From: Bacilli bacterium
Lineage (GTDB): Bacteria > Bacillota_I > Bacilli_A > RF39 > UBA660
Direction: 5' to 3'
DNA length: 37,903 nucleotides
Assembly (NCBI GenBank): GCA_017397745.1
Contig: JAFQIC010000042.1
Span: 1 to 37,903, forward strand
How positions within the stretch are numbered: the stretch's first letter is position 1; the number at the start of each line of letters is the position of its first letter. Both the position numbers and the translations under genes were made by a program. Positions 9,869 through 20,452 of the stretch are shown piece after piece. The notes under the pieces are model-generated. The model was given only the letters and a program-made list of their open reading frames with translations, made no database searches and was not told the origin of the DNA.

Positions 9869-10339
9869 ATGTCATTAGAAAGAGTGAAAACTTATCTAAA
9901 AAAATATAATAAAGAAGCAGAAATAATTGAATTTAATGAATCAACCGCAACAGTAGAAGAAGCAGCTAGAACTTTAAATGTTACCAATGGTGAAATAGCT
10001 AAAACATTATCATTTTCATTAACTGATAAATATATTTTAATAGTAACAGCTGGTGATTATAAAATTGATAATAAAAAATATAAAGAAAAGTTTGGACAAA
10101 AAGCCCAAATGATAAGTAGAGAAGAAGTTGAAAAAATAATAGGACATGATGTTGGAGGTGTATGTCCTTTTGGTATAAATGAAGGTATTGAAGTTTATCT
10201 AGATGAAAGTTTAAAAAAATATGATTATATTTATCCTGCGTGTGGTACTTCAAATTCTGCGATAAAACTAACTGTTGAAGAATTATATAATATATCTAAT
10301 GCAACAGAATTTATTGATGTTTGTAAGGTGATAGAATAG
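9869..10339 (+). CDS. YbaK/EbsC-family aminoacyl-tRNA deacylase
   Basis: TATVEEAA, IAKTL, GHDVGGVCPFG, YPACG motifs. Confidence 0.9.
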   Translation: MSLERVKTYLKKYNKEAEIIEFNESTATVEEAARTLNVTNGEIAKTLSFSLTDKYILIVTAGDYKIDNKKYKEKFGQKAQMISREEVEKIIGHDVGGVCPFGINEGIEVYLDESLKKYDYIYPACGTSNSAIKLTVEELYNISNATEFIDVCKVIE

Positions 10340-11274
10340 TGAAAGATAAAAAAGTAGTTTTTATGGGAACACCTTCTTTTGCAGTTCCAATATTAGAAAT
10401 GCTTATAAAGGAAACTAACGTAATATTGGTTGTGACACAACCAGATAAAATTGTTGGAAGAGAAAAAATAATTAAGTATTCTCCAGTAAAAGAAGTGACT
10501 TTAAAGAATAATATAGAAGTTTTTCAACCAGAAAAGATAAAAGAAGATTATCAAAGAATAATTGACTTAAATCCAGATATTATTATTACATGTGCATATG
10601 GTCAAATAATTCCTTCGGTATTACTAACAACACCTAAATTTAAAGCAATAAATGTTCATGCTTCTTTACTTCCAAAATTAAGAGGAGGCGCACCAATACA
10701 TAAAGCAATAATAGAAGGATATAAAGAAACTGGTATTACAATCATGTACATGAGTGAAAAAATGGATGCTGGAGATATCATAAAACAAAAAGCAATAAAA
10801 ATTGAAAATGAAGATAATGTAGGATTGCTTCATGACAAATTATCACAACTTGGAAAAGATCTACTTTTAGAAACATTGTCTTTAATATTTAGTGGTCAAA
10901 ATAAAAGTTTAGCTCAAAATGAAGAAGATGTAACATATGCCTACAATATAACTAGAGAAGAAGAAAAAATTTCTTTTAATCTAAGTGCTTTAGAAGTTTA
11001 TAATAAAGTGAGAGGCCTTTATCCTTGGCCTACTGCGAATGCAACTTTATTTGGTAAGGAAATAAAAATTTTAAAATGTAGTATTGGAAAAGAAACAAAT
11101 AAAAATCCAGGGGAAATTGTGGAATGTGATAAAACTGGTATTCACGTTATGTGCAAAGATAAAACTATAATTATAACGCACCTTAAAGAAGCTGGAAAAA
11201 AAGAAATGTCAGCTGTTGAATTTATAAATGGAAAGAAAAAAGAAAATTTAATTGGGGAAAAATTTAATGAATAA
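10339..11274 (+). CDS. fmt: Methionyl-tRNA formyltransferase
   Basis: VFMGTPSFA, VVTQPD, CAYGQI, INVHASLLPKLRGGAPI, MDAGD. Confidence 0.96.
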   Translation: MKDKKVVFMGTPSFAVPILEMLIKETNVILVVTQPDKIVGREKIIKYSPVKEVTLKNNIEVFQPEKIKEDYQRIIDLNPDIIITCAYGQIIPSVLLTTPKFKAINVHASLLPKLRGGAPIHKAIIEGYKETGITIMYMSEKMDAGDIIKQKAIKIENEDNVGLLHDKLSQLGKDLLLETLSLIFSGQNKSLAQNEEDVTYAYNITREEEKISFNLSALEVYNKVRGLYPWPTANATLFGKEIKILKCSIGKETNKNPGEIVECDKTGIHVMCKDKTIIITHLKEAGKKEMSAVEFINGKKKENLIGEKFNE

Positions 11275-12025
11275 AAATTTAAAAAACATATTTTCAAATG
11301 AACAAAAAACAAACATCATAAAATTAGTAATAGCGGTATTATTTATTTTAGTTATGGTTATTTTAACAAGAACCTCTAATTCTTCTACAAATTCAAACTC
11401 CTACGAAAATGAAACAAATACACCAAAAACAGATGAGGTTTTAAGTCTTTTAAAAAATTTAAAAGAAGATAATTATGAAATTAATATAAATTTAACAATA
11501 AATAAAGATTTAATAAACATTGTAAGAAGAATGCAAAATAAAGAAGCAGAAATATTTTATATAAATTACAGAGGAGAAGAGAACGCTTATTTTAGAGATA
11601 ATAAAGATTACTATATTATAAATGAAACTGGAATAGAAAAAACTTTAGACTATAAAAAACTATTTGAATATAACGAAACTTTCTTATTAGCAAGTAATAT
11701 TGTTTCTCTACTTGAAAATAATAATACAAGCTATATCGATCTTCAAGAAGAAAAATATAAAATAAGAAGATATAAAATATCTTTAAATTCAGTTCTAGAA
11801 TTTTATAATAAATTATATGGCCTTAGTGAATTTACTTCATTGTCAAAAGAAATAAGTATAGATATACGATATAATAATAATACTTTACATAGCATTTATA
11901 TGGATATGACTAACTTTAATAATTATATAGAAGATACTGAGTATAATGAAGTAACATATGAAATGGACTTTGTTGATATTGGAAAAGTTAATTTAGATAC
12001 TTTCTTTAATTATATAAATAAATAA
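11267..12025 (+). CDS. Hypothetical membrane-anchored protein
   Basis: ATG at 11267 overlaps the fmt stop; single N-terminal TM helix then Ser/Asn linker. Confidence 0.7.
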   Translation: MNKNLKNIFSNEQKTNIIKLVIAVLFILVMVILTRTSNSSTNSNSYENETNTPKTDEVLSLLKNLKEDNYEININLTINKDLINIVRRMQNKEAEIFYINYRGEENAYFRDNKDYYIINETGIEKTLDYKKLFEYNETFLLASNIVSLLENNNTSYIDLQEEKYKIRRYKISLNSVLEFYNKLYGLSEFTSLSKEISIDIRYNNNTLHSIYMDMTNFNNYIEDTEYNEVTYEMDFVDIGKVNLDTFFNYINK

Positions 12026-12282
12026 ATAAAAAATATATCTAGTTTTGTCTAAAATAATGAAAAATAATATTTAATATAATAAAATATTATCGGTGATAAG
12101 TATAAGGAAAATAAATAAAAAGTATAATAAAATGATTGATGAAATTACGAAAATGATTTTTAAAATAGAAGGTGTTAATATTAAATAACACTTTTTATTT
12201 TACGTTTATTAATATCTTCAATTTCTTGACAACATATAGTGTTATTTTATATAATATTATTGTGAAAAGGGGCATTGATAAG

Positions 12283-12594
12283 ATGAATGAAAAAATATTA
12301 TTGACTCCTAACGATATTCTTGAAAAAGATTTTAAAATAGATGCACGTGGATACAGACCACAAGAAGTTGATAAATTTTTGGATGTAATAATAAAAGATT
12401 ACACTGAATTCATAAATATAATAAGACGATATGATAGCGAATTTAAAAATTTAGAAGCAGAAAATATTAAGCTAAAAAATGAACTTAGAAATTTAAAATC
12501 TAATCTTGACATTGCTAATACCAATAAAGGTGTTACTAATGTAGATATACTAAGAAGAATAAGTGAACTGGAGAAAATAGTTTACGGAGAATAA
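12283..12594 (+). CDS. gpsB: DivIVA-domain cell division regulator GpsB
   Basis: LTPNDILEKDFKIDARGYRPQEVDKFLD; C-terminal TNVDILRRISELEKIVYG; directly upstream of rnpB as in other Bacilli; start set at ATG 12283. Confidence 0.9.
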   Translation: MNEKILLTPNDILEKDFKIDARGYRPQEVDKFLDVIIKDYTEFINIIRRYDSEFKNLEAENIKLKNELRNLKSNLDIANTNKGVTNVDILRRISELEKIVYGE

Positions 12595-12945
12595 TAATTT
12601 TTAAGACAAACGCTGCATAAAATTATGTAGAGGAAAGTCCATACTTGCACAAGCTGTGATGCTTGTAGTGTTTGTGTTAAGGGAAAAAATAACCTTAAGT
12701 ACTTTTTAAGTAACGGCTCTGAGGTAATCAAGAACTGATTATAGTAGGTATAAAAGTGCCATAGAGACGAGTCTTTTTAGGAATAAAAAGAGTGGAACGC
12801 GGTAAACCCCACAAGCAAGAAACCCAAATTATGGTAGGGGAACTTTCACAAAGGAAAAGAACTAAGTGAAGGAACTTATTAAGTTAGATAAATGTTTGTC
12901 ACCTTTATAAAAGGAACAGAATATGGCTTATTAAAGATTATTATT
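12591..12945 (+). ncRNA. rnpB: RNase P RNA (bacterial class B)
   Basis: GAGGAAAGTCCAT (12630), AAGTGCCATAGAGACG, GTGGAACGCGGTAAACCCC, GAAACCCAAAT, AGATAAATG, AACAGAATATGGCTTA (12915-12930); terminal segments are complementary; ends approximate. Confidence 0.95.
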
Positions 12946-12958
12946 TTAAAGGAGTATC

Positions 12959-13405
12959 ATGAAAGAAATAGGAACTATTTTTAAGGAAAAAAGAGAGACT
13001 ATAGGTATTAGTAAAAGTGAAATTTGTTCAGATTTAGAAATTAATGAAGCGCAACTTCAAAATTTAGAAGATGGTAATGCTAATGCTTTTAAAGATATTT
13101 TTTTCTTAAAAGAATTAATTTTAAAATATGCTAAATATTTGAATTTAGATGAAGAATACATACTTAATGAGTTTAATGATTTTATATTTAATTTTACATC
13201 TAAAATTCCAGTTGCAGAGATTGAAGAAAGAGTAAGAGAACTACAAGAAGAAGAAAATAATCAAAAGAAAATTGTATCGCCATACACAAAACCTATAACT
13301 AAAAAAAATAGAAAAAGAATTGTATTAATATATATGGTATCAATTCTTTTAGTAATAATACTTTTTTTATTAGTTGTGATAACAATTAAAATTGGTTTGA
13401 ATTAA
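12959..13405 (+). CDS. RodZ/YmfM-like HTH membrane protein (short form)
   Basis: IGTIFKEKRE..HTH..LEDG, KYAKYLNL; C-terminal TM helix; position upstream of pgsA. Confidence 0.8.
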   Translation: MKEIGTIFKEKRETIGISKSEICSDLEINEAQLQNLEDGNANAFKDIFFLKELILKYAKYLNLDEEYILNEFNDFIFNFTSKIPVAEIEERVRELQEEENNQKKIVSPYTKPITKKNRKRIVLIYMVSILLVIILFLLVVITIKIGLN

Positions 13406-13418
13406 AAAGGAGTTAAAA

Positions 13419-14012
13419 ATGAATTTACCAAATAAAATAACAATATCAAGAATTATACTATCAGTTATTGTGTTAATATTATTATTATTTCCGTTTAATG
13501 AATTTGGAATAACATTTCCTATTATAGTTGTAAAAGATGCTTTACTAGTTGATATAAAATATGTTGTAGCAGGTACTTTATTTTTAATAGCATCAGTGAC
13601 AGATTTTTTAGATGGATATATTGCTAGAAAAAATAATATAGTTACTGATTTTGGAAAAATGCTAGATGCAATAGCAGATAAGATGCTTGTTAATGGTGTG
13701 TTAATAGTACTTGCTTGTAATGGGTTTATAAGTGTAATAATACCAGTTGTAATAGTAATTAGAGATATAGCGGTTGATACTATTAAAATGGTAGTAGGAA
13801 ATAAAAAAGCTGCTGTAGCTGCTAGTCCACTTGGAAAAATAAAGACAATATTAATGATGTGCGGAGTTACTTTAATGCTTTATTATAATTTACCTTTTGA
13901 ACTTATGAATTTTAGACTTGCAGATATATTAATAATACTTGCGACAATAATGTCTGTAATTAGTGGTGTAGAATATTATATTAAAAATAAAAACATAATA
14001 ATGGAAAATTAA
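13419..14012 (+). CDS. pgsA: CDP-diacylglycerol--glycerol-3-phosphate 3-phosphatidyltransferase
   Basis: MNLPNKITISR; TDFLDGYIARK...GKMLDAIADK CDP-alcohol phosphotransferase motif. Confidence 0.95.
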   Translation: MNLPNKITISRIILSVIVLILLLFPFNEFGITFPIIVVKDALLVDIKYVVAGTLFLIASVTDFLDGYIARKNNIVTDFGKMLDAIADKMLVNGVLIVLACNGFISVIIPVVIVIRDIAVDTIKMVVGNKKAAVAASPLGKIKTILMMCGVTLMLYYNLPFELMNFRLADILIILATIMSVISGVEYYIKNKNIIMEN

Positions 14013-14209
14013 ATAAAAATTATGTTTTTTTTATTTTGTGAATAAGTGTTTATTTTTGTACTATATTTAGATAAATTAATAAAAATTTGTAAGTGAATTA
14101 TTAAAATTACAAAGTATAATTTAATAATATTTAAAAACTGTTTAGCAAATTTTGTCATTTGATTTAAAATTATTTATATGTTAAATTTAAAATGTCAAAA
14201 AAAGAGTTT

Positions 14210-14223
14210 CAAACAAATGTTCG
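14210..14223 (+). promoter_or_regulatory. LexA/DinR (Cheo) SOS box upstream of recA
   Basis: CAAACAAATGTTCG, one mismatch to CGAAC-N4-GTTCG, 8 bp upstream of the -35. Confidence 0.7.
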
Positions 14224-14231
14224 AAAAAATG

Positions 14232-14260
14232 TTGACAATTTAATGTTTTAAAGTTAAAAT
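14232..14260 (+). promoter_or_regulatory. SigA promoter of recA
   Basis: TTGACA-17 bp-TAAAAT. Confidence 0.8.
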
Positions 14261-14284
14261 TAATAATGTAAGGAGAAATGTAAA

Positions 14285-15319
14285 ATGGTAAGTAAACTAA
14301 ATAAAGAAAAAGATAAAACATTAGAAGCAGTTTTAGCAGATATAGAAAAACAATTTGGTAAAGGTGCGATAATGAAATTAGGAGAAGGTGGTCTTAAAAA
14401 TATAGATGTAGTATCTTCAGGAAGTATTAGCCTTGATATCGCGCTTGGAGTTGGAGGATATCCTAAAGGGAGAATTATTGAGATATATGGTCCGGAATCA
14501 AGTGGTAAAACAACATTTGCGCTTCATGCGATTGCTGAAGTACAAAAAAATGGAGGTAAAGCAGCTTTTATTGATGCAGAGCATGCACTTGATCCTGTTT
14601 ATGCTAAGAACCTAGGTGTAAATATAAATGAACTTCTTTTGAGTCAGCCTGATACAGGAGAGCAAGCACTAGAAATATGTGAAGCGCTTGTTAGGAGTGA
14701 AGCTATGTCAATTATAGTAATTGATTCAGTAGCAGCGCTTGTCCCTCAGGCGGAAATTGAAGGTGAAATGGGAGATTCACATGTAGGATTGCAAGCAAGA
14801 CTAATGTCACAAGCATTAAGAAAATTAGGTGGAATAATAAGTAAAACAAATACAATTTGTATATTTATAAATCAACTCAGGGAAAAAGTTGGAGTTATGT
14901 TTGGAAATCCAGAAACTACTCCAGGTGGAAGAGCTTTAAAATTTTATGCATCTGTAAGATTAGACGTTAGAAGAGCAGAACAAATAAAATCAGGTGCTGA
15001 AATATTGGGAAATAAAACTGTTGTTAAAATTGTTAAAAATAAAGTTGCTCCTCCATTTAAAACTGCAGAAGTAGATATAATGTATGGAGAAGGAGTAAGT
15101 AGAGAAGGAGAAATTTGCGATATTGCTGCAAATCTTGGAATAATAGACAAAAGTGGTGCATGGTATGCATACAATGGCGAAAAAATAGGACAAGGGAAAG
15201 AAAATGTTAAATATTATTTGAAAGAAAATCCTTCACTTAGAGAAGAAATAGAAAATAAAATAAGACAACATTATAATTTTAAAGTGGATAACAAAGCTAT
15301 AGAGAATAAAGAAGAATAA
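14285..15319 (+). CDS. recA: Recombinase RecA
   Basis: [45 protein letters not shown]. Confidence 0.99.
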   Translation: MVSKLNKEKDKTLEAVLADIEKQFGKGAIMKLGEGGLKNIDVVSSGSISLDIALGVGGYPKGRIIEIYGPESSGKTTFALHAIAEVQKNGGKAAFIDAEHALDPVYAKNLGVNINELLLSQPDTGEQALEICEALVRSEAMSIIVIDSVAALVPQAEIEGEMGDSHVGLQARLMSQALRKLGGIISKTNTICIFINQLREKVGVMFGNPETTPGGRALKFYASVRLDVRRAEQIKSGAEILGNKTVVKIVKNKVAPPFKTAEVDIMYGEGVSREGEICDIAANLGIIDKSGAWYAYNGEKIGQGKENVKYYLKENPSLREEIENKIRQHYNFKVDNKAIENKEE

Positions 15320-15421
15320 AAGTCGAAAAAATAATTATTGCAATAGTTGAAAAAAAGTTTTAAAATAATATTAGAAGTAATTCACAACTTCTAATATTTT
15401 AAATTAAAATGGAGGAATTTT

Positions 15422-16975
15422 ATGGAAAACATTTCTTTCTCCATTTTGCTAATGTTAATTGGATTAATAATTGGCGCTGTAATAGTATTTTTTATGGAAA
15501 AAATGAAAGTAAAGAATGCTACAATTGAAGCTGATAAATTACTTGAATCAGCAAAAAAAGAAGCTGAGAAAGTAAAAAGAGATAGTATTCTTGAGCTTAA
15601 AGAAGAATCATATAAATTAAAACAACAAACAGATCAAGAAATAAAAGAAAAGAAAAAAGAACTTGGTGAATTAAATGAGCGCATAAATTCTAGAGAGCAA
15701 AGTTTAGATAAAAGAGATGCGTTATTAACTGAAAGAGAAAAACATTTAGATGACAGAGATAAAAATTTATTAGCAAAGCAAAATGAAATTCAAGAAAAAA
15801 ATGCAAAAATGGAGAATCTCTTAAAAGAACAAGTAGAACTTTTAGAGAAAATATCAGGATATTCTAAAGATAAAGCAAAAGATTTAATAATGAAACGTGT
15901 TGAAGAAAGCATTTCAAGAGAAATTGCTGAATTCATTAGAGAAAGAGAAAATGAAGCAAAATTAGAAGCAGATAAACTTGCAAAAGAGTATTTAATTAGA
16001 AGTATGCAAAGATATTCTAATGATGTTACAAATGAACAGACTATTTCAACAGTAGAACTTCCAACAGATGAAATGAAAGGAAGAATTATTGGACGAGAAG
16101 GAAGAAATATTAGAACTATAGAAGCAATTACTGGAGTTGACTTAATTATTGATGATACACCAGAAGTAATAGTTTTATCAAGTTTTGATCCTTTAAGAAG
16201 AGAAATAGCAAAAACTACTCTTGAAGCATTAATTAAAGATGGGAGAATTCATCCTGCTCGTATTGAAGAATTATATAATAAAGTGTGTGAAGACTTTAAA
16301 ACTATAATTAGAGAAAAAGGTGAAGAGGCTTTATTTGAACTTGGCATAGCAAAAGTATCGCCAGAAATAGTTGAATTATTAGGAAAACTATATTTTAGAA
16401 CAAGTTATGGACAAAATGCTTTAAAACATTCTATAGAAGTAGCTCATTTATCTGGACTTTTAGCAAGTGAATTAGGTGAAAATGTTTTACTTGCAAAAAG
16501 AGCTGGATTGCTTCATGACATCGGAAAAGCAATAGATTATGAAGTAGAAGGAAGCCATATAGAATTAGGTGCAGAAATAGCTAAAAAGAATAATGAAGAT
16601 AAAGTTGTTTTAAATGCAATTGAGTCACATCATGGAAATAAAGAACAAACTAGTGTAATATCTGTACTTGTTCAAATTGCTGATGCTCTTTCAGCGGCTA
16701 GACCTGGTGCTAGAAATGATAGTTTAGAGAATTATATAAAAAGACTTGAAGAACTAGAAAACTTAGGAAATAGCATTGAAGGAGTAGAAAAAACATTTGC
16801 AATGCAAGCAGGTAGAGAACTTAGAGTTATAGTTAAACCTGAAGAAATAGATGATTTAGCAAGTTATAAAATAGCAAGAGATTTAAAAGAAAAAATTGAA
16901 TCAAACATGCAATATCCTGGAACGATAAAAGTAGTTGTAATAAGAGAAACAAGAGCAGAAGAAGTTGCCAAATAA
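15422..16975 (+). CDS. rny: Ribonuclease Y
   Basis: N-terminal TM, coiled coil, KH domain ([13 protein letters not shown]), HD domain (LLHDIGK); follows recA. Confidence 0.97.
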   Translation: MENISFSILLMLIGLIIGAVIVFFMEKMKVKNATIEADKLLESAKKEAEKVKRDSILELKEESYKLKQQTDQEIKEKKKELGELNERINSREQSLDKRDALLTEREKHLDDRDKNLLAKQNEIQEKNAKMENLLKEQVELLEKISGYSKDKAKDLIMKRVEESISREIAEFIRERENEAKLEADKLAKEYLIRSMQRYSNDVTNEQTISTVELPTDEMKGRIIGREGRNIRTIEAITGVDLIIDDTPEVIVLSSFDPLRREIAKTTLEALIKDGRIHPARIEELYNKVCEDFKTIIREKGEEALFELGIAKVSPEIVELLGKLYFRTSYGQNALKHSIEVAHLSGLLASELGENVLLAKRAGLLHDIGKAIDYEVEGSHIELGAEIAKKNNEDKVVLNAIESHHGNKEQTSVISVLVQIADALSAARPGARNDSLENYIKRLEELENLGNSIEGVEKTFAMQAGRELRVIVKPEEIDDLASYKIARDLKEKIESNMQYPGTIKVVVIRETRAEEVAK

Positions 16976-16988
16976 ACTTCTTCTTTTT
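16958..16988 (+). terminator. Intrinsic terminator after rny
   Basis: GAAGAAGTT...AACTTCTTC followed by a T run. Confidence 0.65.
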
Positions 16989-17022
16989 TAAATTTTATAG
17001 TATACTAATATTGGTGAAATAA

Positions 17023-17787
17023 ATGAAAGCATTAATAACTGGAGCATCTTCTGGAATGGGAAGAAGTGCTGCAAAATATCTATCTAGTTTAGGTTATGAT
17101 TTAATTTTAGTCTCAAGATCGTTAGAAAAACTAGAAAATTTAAAAAAAGAACTTAAAACAAATGTTAAAATATATTCATATGATTTAAGTATAATCGATA
17201 ACGTGTTTGATTTTTATGAAAAAGTAAAAGATGAAGAAATTGACTTACTTATTAATAACGCTGGTTTTGGATTATATGGAGAGTTTTGTAGTGCAAATTT
17301 AGAAACAGAAATTAATATGATAGATTTAAATATTAAAGCTTATCACATACTTACTAAACTATTTTTAACTCATATGATTAAAAGAAATAAAGGAAATATA
17401 TTAAATGTAGTGAGTATTGCTTCATTAATGCCAGGAGGACCGCTTTTATCAACATATTATGCAACTAAATCTTATATTTTAAGTTTAGACAATGCAATAT
17501 ATGAAGAATTAAGAAAAAAGAAATCAAACGTACACATAAGTTCATTTTGTCCTGGACCTGTAGAAACTAATTTTAATAAAAGAGCTAATACATCTTTTAT
17601 GATAAAAGGACTAGATAGTGATAAAGTAATGAAGTATGCAATAAAAAAAGCTTTAAAAAATAAATTAATAATAATACCAGATATTAAAATGAGAATTTTA
17701 GTATTTTGTTCAAGATTTCTTTCGAAAAAAAGTCTGTTAAAAATTTTATATAAAATTCAAATAAAGAAAAAAACACATTCAATATAA
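17023..17787 (+). CDS. Short-chain dehydrogenase/reductase
   Basis: TGASSGMG, NNAG, YYATK (YxxxK), CPGPVET. Confidence 0.92.
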   Translation: MKALITGASSGMGRSAAKYLSSLGYDLILVSRSLEKLENLKKELKTNVKIYSYDLSIIDNVFDFYEKVKDEEIDLLINNAGFGLYGEFCSANLETEINMIDLNIKAYHILTKLFLTHMIKRNKGNILNVVSIASLMPGGPLLSTYYATKSYILSLDNAIYEELRKKKSNVHISSFCPGPVETNFNKRANTSFMIKGLDSDKVMKYAIKKALKNKLIIIPDIKMRILVFCSRFLSKKSLLKILYKIQIKKKTHSI

Positions 17788-17788
17788 A

Positions 17789-19462
17789 TTACATATTAAT
17801 GTGTTTTAAATCTAATATCATTGGAATAATAATAGGTCTTCTACCAGTTAGTTCTATAATATAAGCATTTATTTCTAAAATTATTCTATTTTTTAAATCA
17901 ATTAAACTAAAATTAGGTTTATTAAGTTCATTAAGTGTTATTTCTCTTACTTTGTTCTGAATATTTTGTATTAAATCTGAATTTTCATTAACAATAACAA
18001 ATCCTCTTGTAGTTACATTTGGATCAATAACTAATGTTCTTTTTGAAGAATCTATATTAAGTATAACCACTAGTACTCCATCTGTAGACATCATTTTTCT
18101 ATCTTTAATAATACTTGAACTTATTTCTCCAATTCTATTACCATCAACATAAACATCATTTATGTTGATTTTTTCGCCTCTACTAATGACACCATTTTTT
18201 ATTGATAAGACGTCACCATTTTCAAGTACAAATGTATTTTCTTTTGGGATATCACACATTACTCCCAAATCTGCATGTGCTTTTAACATTCTATATTCTC
18301 CATGTACTGGCATAAAATACTTTGGTTTAAAAATTCTTAAAACAAGTTTTAATTCATCTTGTTTACCATGACCACTAGTGTGAATATCTTGATCAGTTGT
18401 ATTTGTATAAACTTTAGCGCCTTTTAAATATAATTTGTTTATAACTCTATTTATACTAAGAGCATTTCCTGGAATAGGAGATGATGAGAAAATAACAGTA
18501 TCTTCTGGCATAAGAGTTATATTTTTATCGTTACCGTTTGCTATTCTTGAAAGGGCAGCAAGCGGTTCACCTTGAGAACCTGTACATAAAAGACATACTT
18601 CATGAGGTTTTAAATTATTAGCTTCTTGACTTGTAACAAAAATTCCATCGTCTTTTATATAACCAGCTTCCTTAGCAATTTGAATATTATTATTCATACT
18701 TCTTCCAAAAATTGCTATCTTTCTTCCATTTTCTCTACAAGTTTCAATTATATGAGTAAGTCTATATATATTACTAGCAAAAGTTGCAAGAATAATTCTG
18801 CTTTTAGTTGTACTAAAAATTTCTCCTAATGTTTCATCAACAATACTTTCGCTATTTGAAAACCCAGGTGATAAAGCGTTAGTAGAATCACTCATAAGTA
18901 AAGTAACACCTTTTTCACCAATTTTAGCCATTTTATGAATGTTGGCCATTGGGCCAATAGGTGTTAAATCAAATTTAAAATCTCCAGTTGTAACAATGGT
19001 TCCGTCTTCTGTTTCAATTAAAATTCCGTAAGAATCAGGAATAGAGTGTGTAGTTCTAAAAAACTCTATTTTTATATCATTAAACTTAATAACAGTATCT
19101 TCATTATATTCGCAAAGTATATTTGTATCTAAGTTTCTTTCTTCCATCTTTAATTTGATAAGTTTTAATGCTACATTTGAAGCATAAATTTTAGGAATAT
19201 TCAAATTAGCTACAATAAAAGGAACCCCTCCAATATGATCTTCGTGACCATGTGTAATTAATAGGGCTTTAATTTTATTTTCATTTTGCTTTAAGAAAGT
19301 GTAATCAGCTAAAACGTAATCTATTCCTAATAATTCGTTTTCAGGAAACATTACTCCTGCATCTATAATAATAATTTCATCGTTTTTACAAATACAGTAC
19401 ATATTTTTTCCCACTTCGCCAAGACCACCCAAAGCAAAAACTTTAGTATCTGTTTTATTCAT
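17789..19462 (-). CDS. rnj: Ribonuclease J
   Basis: LGGLGEVGKN, THGHEDHIG, HSIPD, TGDFK, HTSGH, PVHGEYR. Confidence 0.96.
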   Translation of the reverse strand: MNKTDTKVFALGGLGEVGKNMYCICKNDEIIIIDAGVMFPENELLGIDYVLADYTFLKQNENKIKALLITHGHEDHIGGVPFIVANLNIPKIYASNVALKLIKLKMEERNLDTNILCEYNEDTVIKFNDIKIEFFRTTHSIPDSYGILIETEDGTIVTTGDFKFDLTPIGPMANIHKMAKIGEKGVTLLMSDSTNALSPGFSNSESIVDETLGEIFSTTKSRIILATFASNIYRLTHIIETCRENGRKIAIFGRSMNNNIQIAKEAGYIKDDGIFVTSQEANNLKPHEVCLLCTGSQGEPLAALSRIANGNDKNITLMPEDTVIFSSSPIPGNALSINRVINKLYLKGAKVYTNTTDQDIHTSGHGKQDELKLVLRIFKPKYFMPVHGEYRMLKAHADLGVMCDIPKENTFVLENGDVLSIKNGVISRGEKININDVYVDGNRIGEISSSIIKDRKMMSTDGVLVVILNIDSSKRTLVIDPNVTTRGFVIVNENSDLIQNIQNKVREITLNELNKPNFSLIDLKNRIILEINAYIIELTGRRPIIIPMILDLKHINM

Positions 19463-19570
19463 TATTTTCCTCCGTAAATAAAAGTAATTTGATTAATAAG
19501 TATTATACAATAAAAAATATAATTTGTCTATTGTTTTCTTTTATTATATAATTATAAATGAGGTTATATT

Positions 19571-20452
19571 ATGGAAACATTTAATGAAGAATTAAAACCT
19601 ATTTTTAATAAAAATGCATATGATGATAGGCATAAGAAGTTAAAAAACTCAAAAGGAGAAATATTTTACTATAAAAGAGAAAGTAATTGGTTTTTTGAAT
19701 TGGTTTGTGAAAAAATAGCTGAATTATTAGGAATTAAAGCTGTTTGTCATATATTTTATAAATATAATTCTATGCCAGGATTAATATCTATGGATTTTCA
19801 TAAAAAAGGATACAATTATATCGATGGAGAAGAATTAATAAAAAATTATTTTTCAAAGCATCCAGATGCTTATATTCCTTATTTTGAGATAGATGATGCA
19901 AATAATTTACAAGTACTTTGGTGGGCAATAGAAGACAGATATAGACATTATCCAAACAAAAGTGAAATTGTTGAAAAATTAATGAGGCAGTTTATGGAAC
20001 TTTATGAGTTTTCTATTATAACAGCGCAAGGTGATCTACATTTAAGTAATTATCAAATAGAAGAAAGTAAGACTGATGCATCTTTGGCACCACTTTATGA
20101 TAACTCACAAAGTTTTTTAAATTATCCTATATCTGTATTATCAGTTGATGAAATGGATAGTAGAGTTAGCTCTTATGATTCGCTTAGAAGATATTTTGAA
20201 TTTGTACCTATAGAAGTCGTTCAGTCTTTCTTTGAAAAAGTAAGTATACTAGATTTAGCAACTTTATCTTCTATAATGGATAATATAATAAAAGAAGTTC
20301 CAGTTTCAGAAAAAGAAAAAGAAGAACTAGATTTCGAAAAGAAAGAAGCACTTAAAATATTTTTAAGACACAAATCAAAATTATTGAAAATATGTAATGA
20401 ATATTTAAATAAAGAAAATCATATAGGAGGAAATTATGGGACTATTAAATAA
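19571..20452 (+). CDS. HipA/CtkA-like kinase domain protein
   Basis: YYK, ELVCEKIAELLG, GLISMDF, catalytic loop GDLHLSNY, LAPLYDNS. Confidence 0.7.
   Translation: METFNEELKPIFNKNAYDDRHKKLKNSKGEIFYYKRESNWFFELVCEKIAELLGIKAVCHIFYKYNSMPGLISMDFHKKGYNYIDGEELIKNYFSKHPDAYIPYFEIDDANNLQVLWWAIEDRYRHYPNKSEIVEKLMRQFMELYEFSIITAQGDLHLSNYQIEESKTDASLAPLYDNSQSFLNYPISVLSVDEMDSRVSSYDSLRRYFEFVPIEVVQSFFEKVSILDLATLSSIMDNIIKEVPVSEKEKEELDFEKKEALKIFLRHKSKLLKICNEYLNKENHIGGNYGTIK

Noticed and set aside
12172-12282. Long N-terminal extension of gpsB from GTG 12172
   Set aside because: It covers AT-rich promoter-like DNA including a TTGACA; GpsB similarity begins at ATG 12283.
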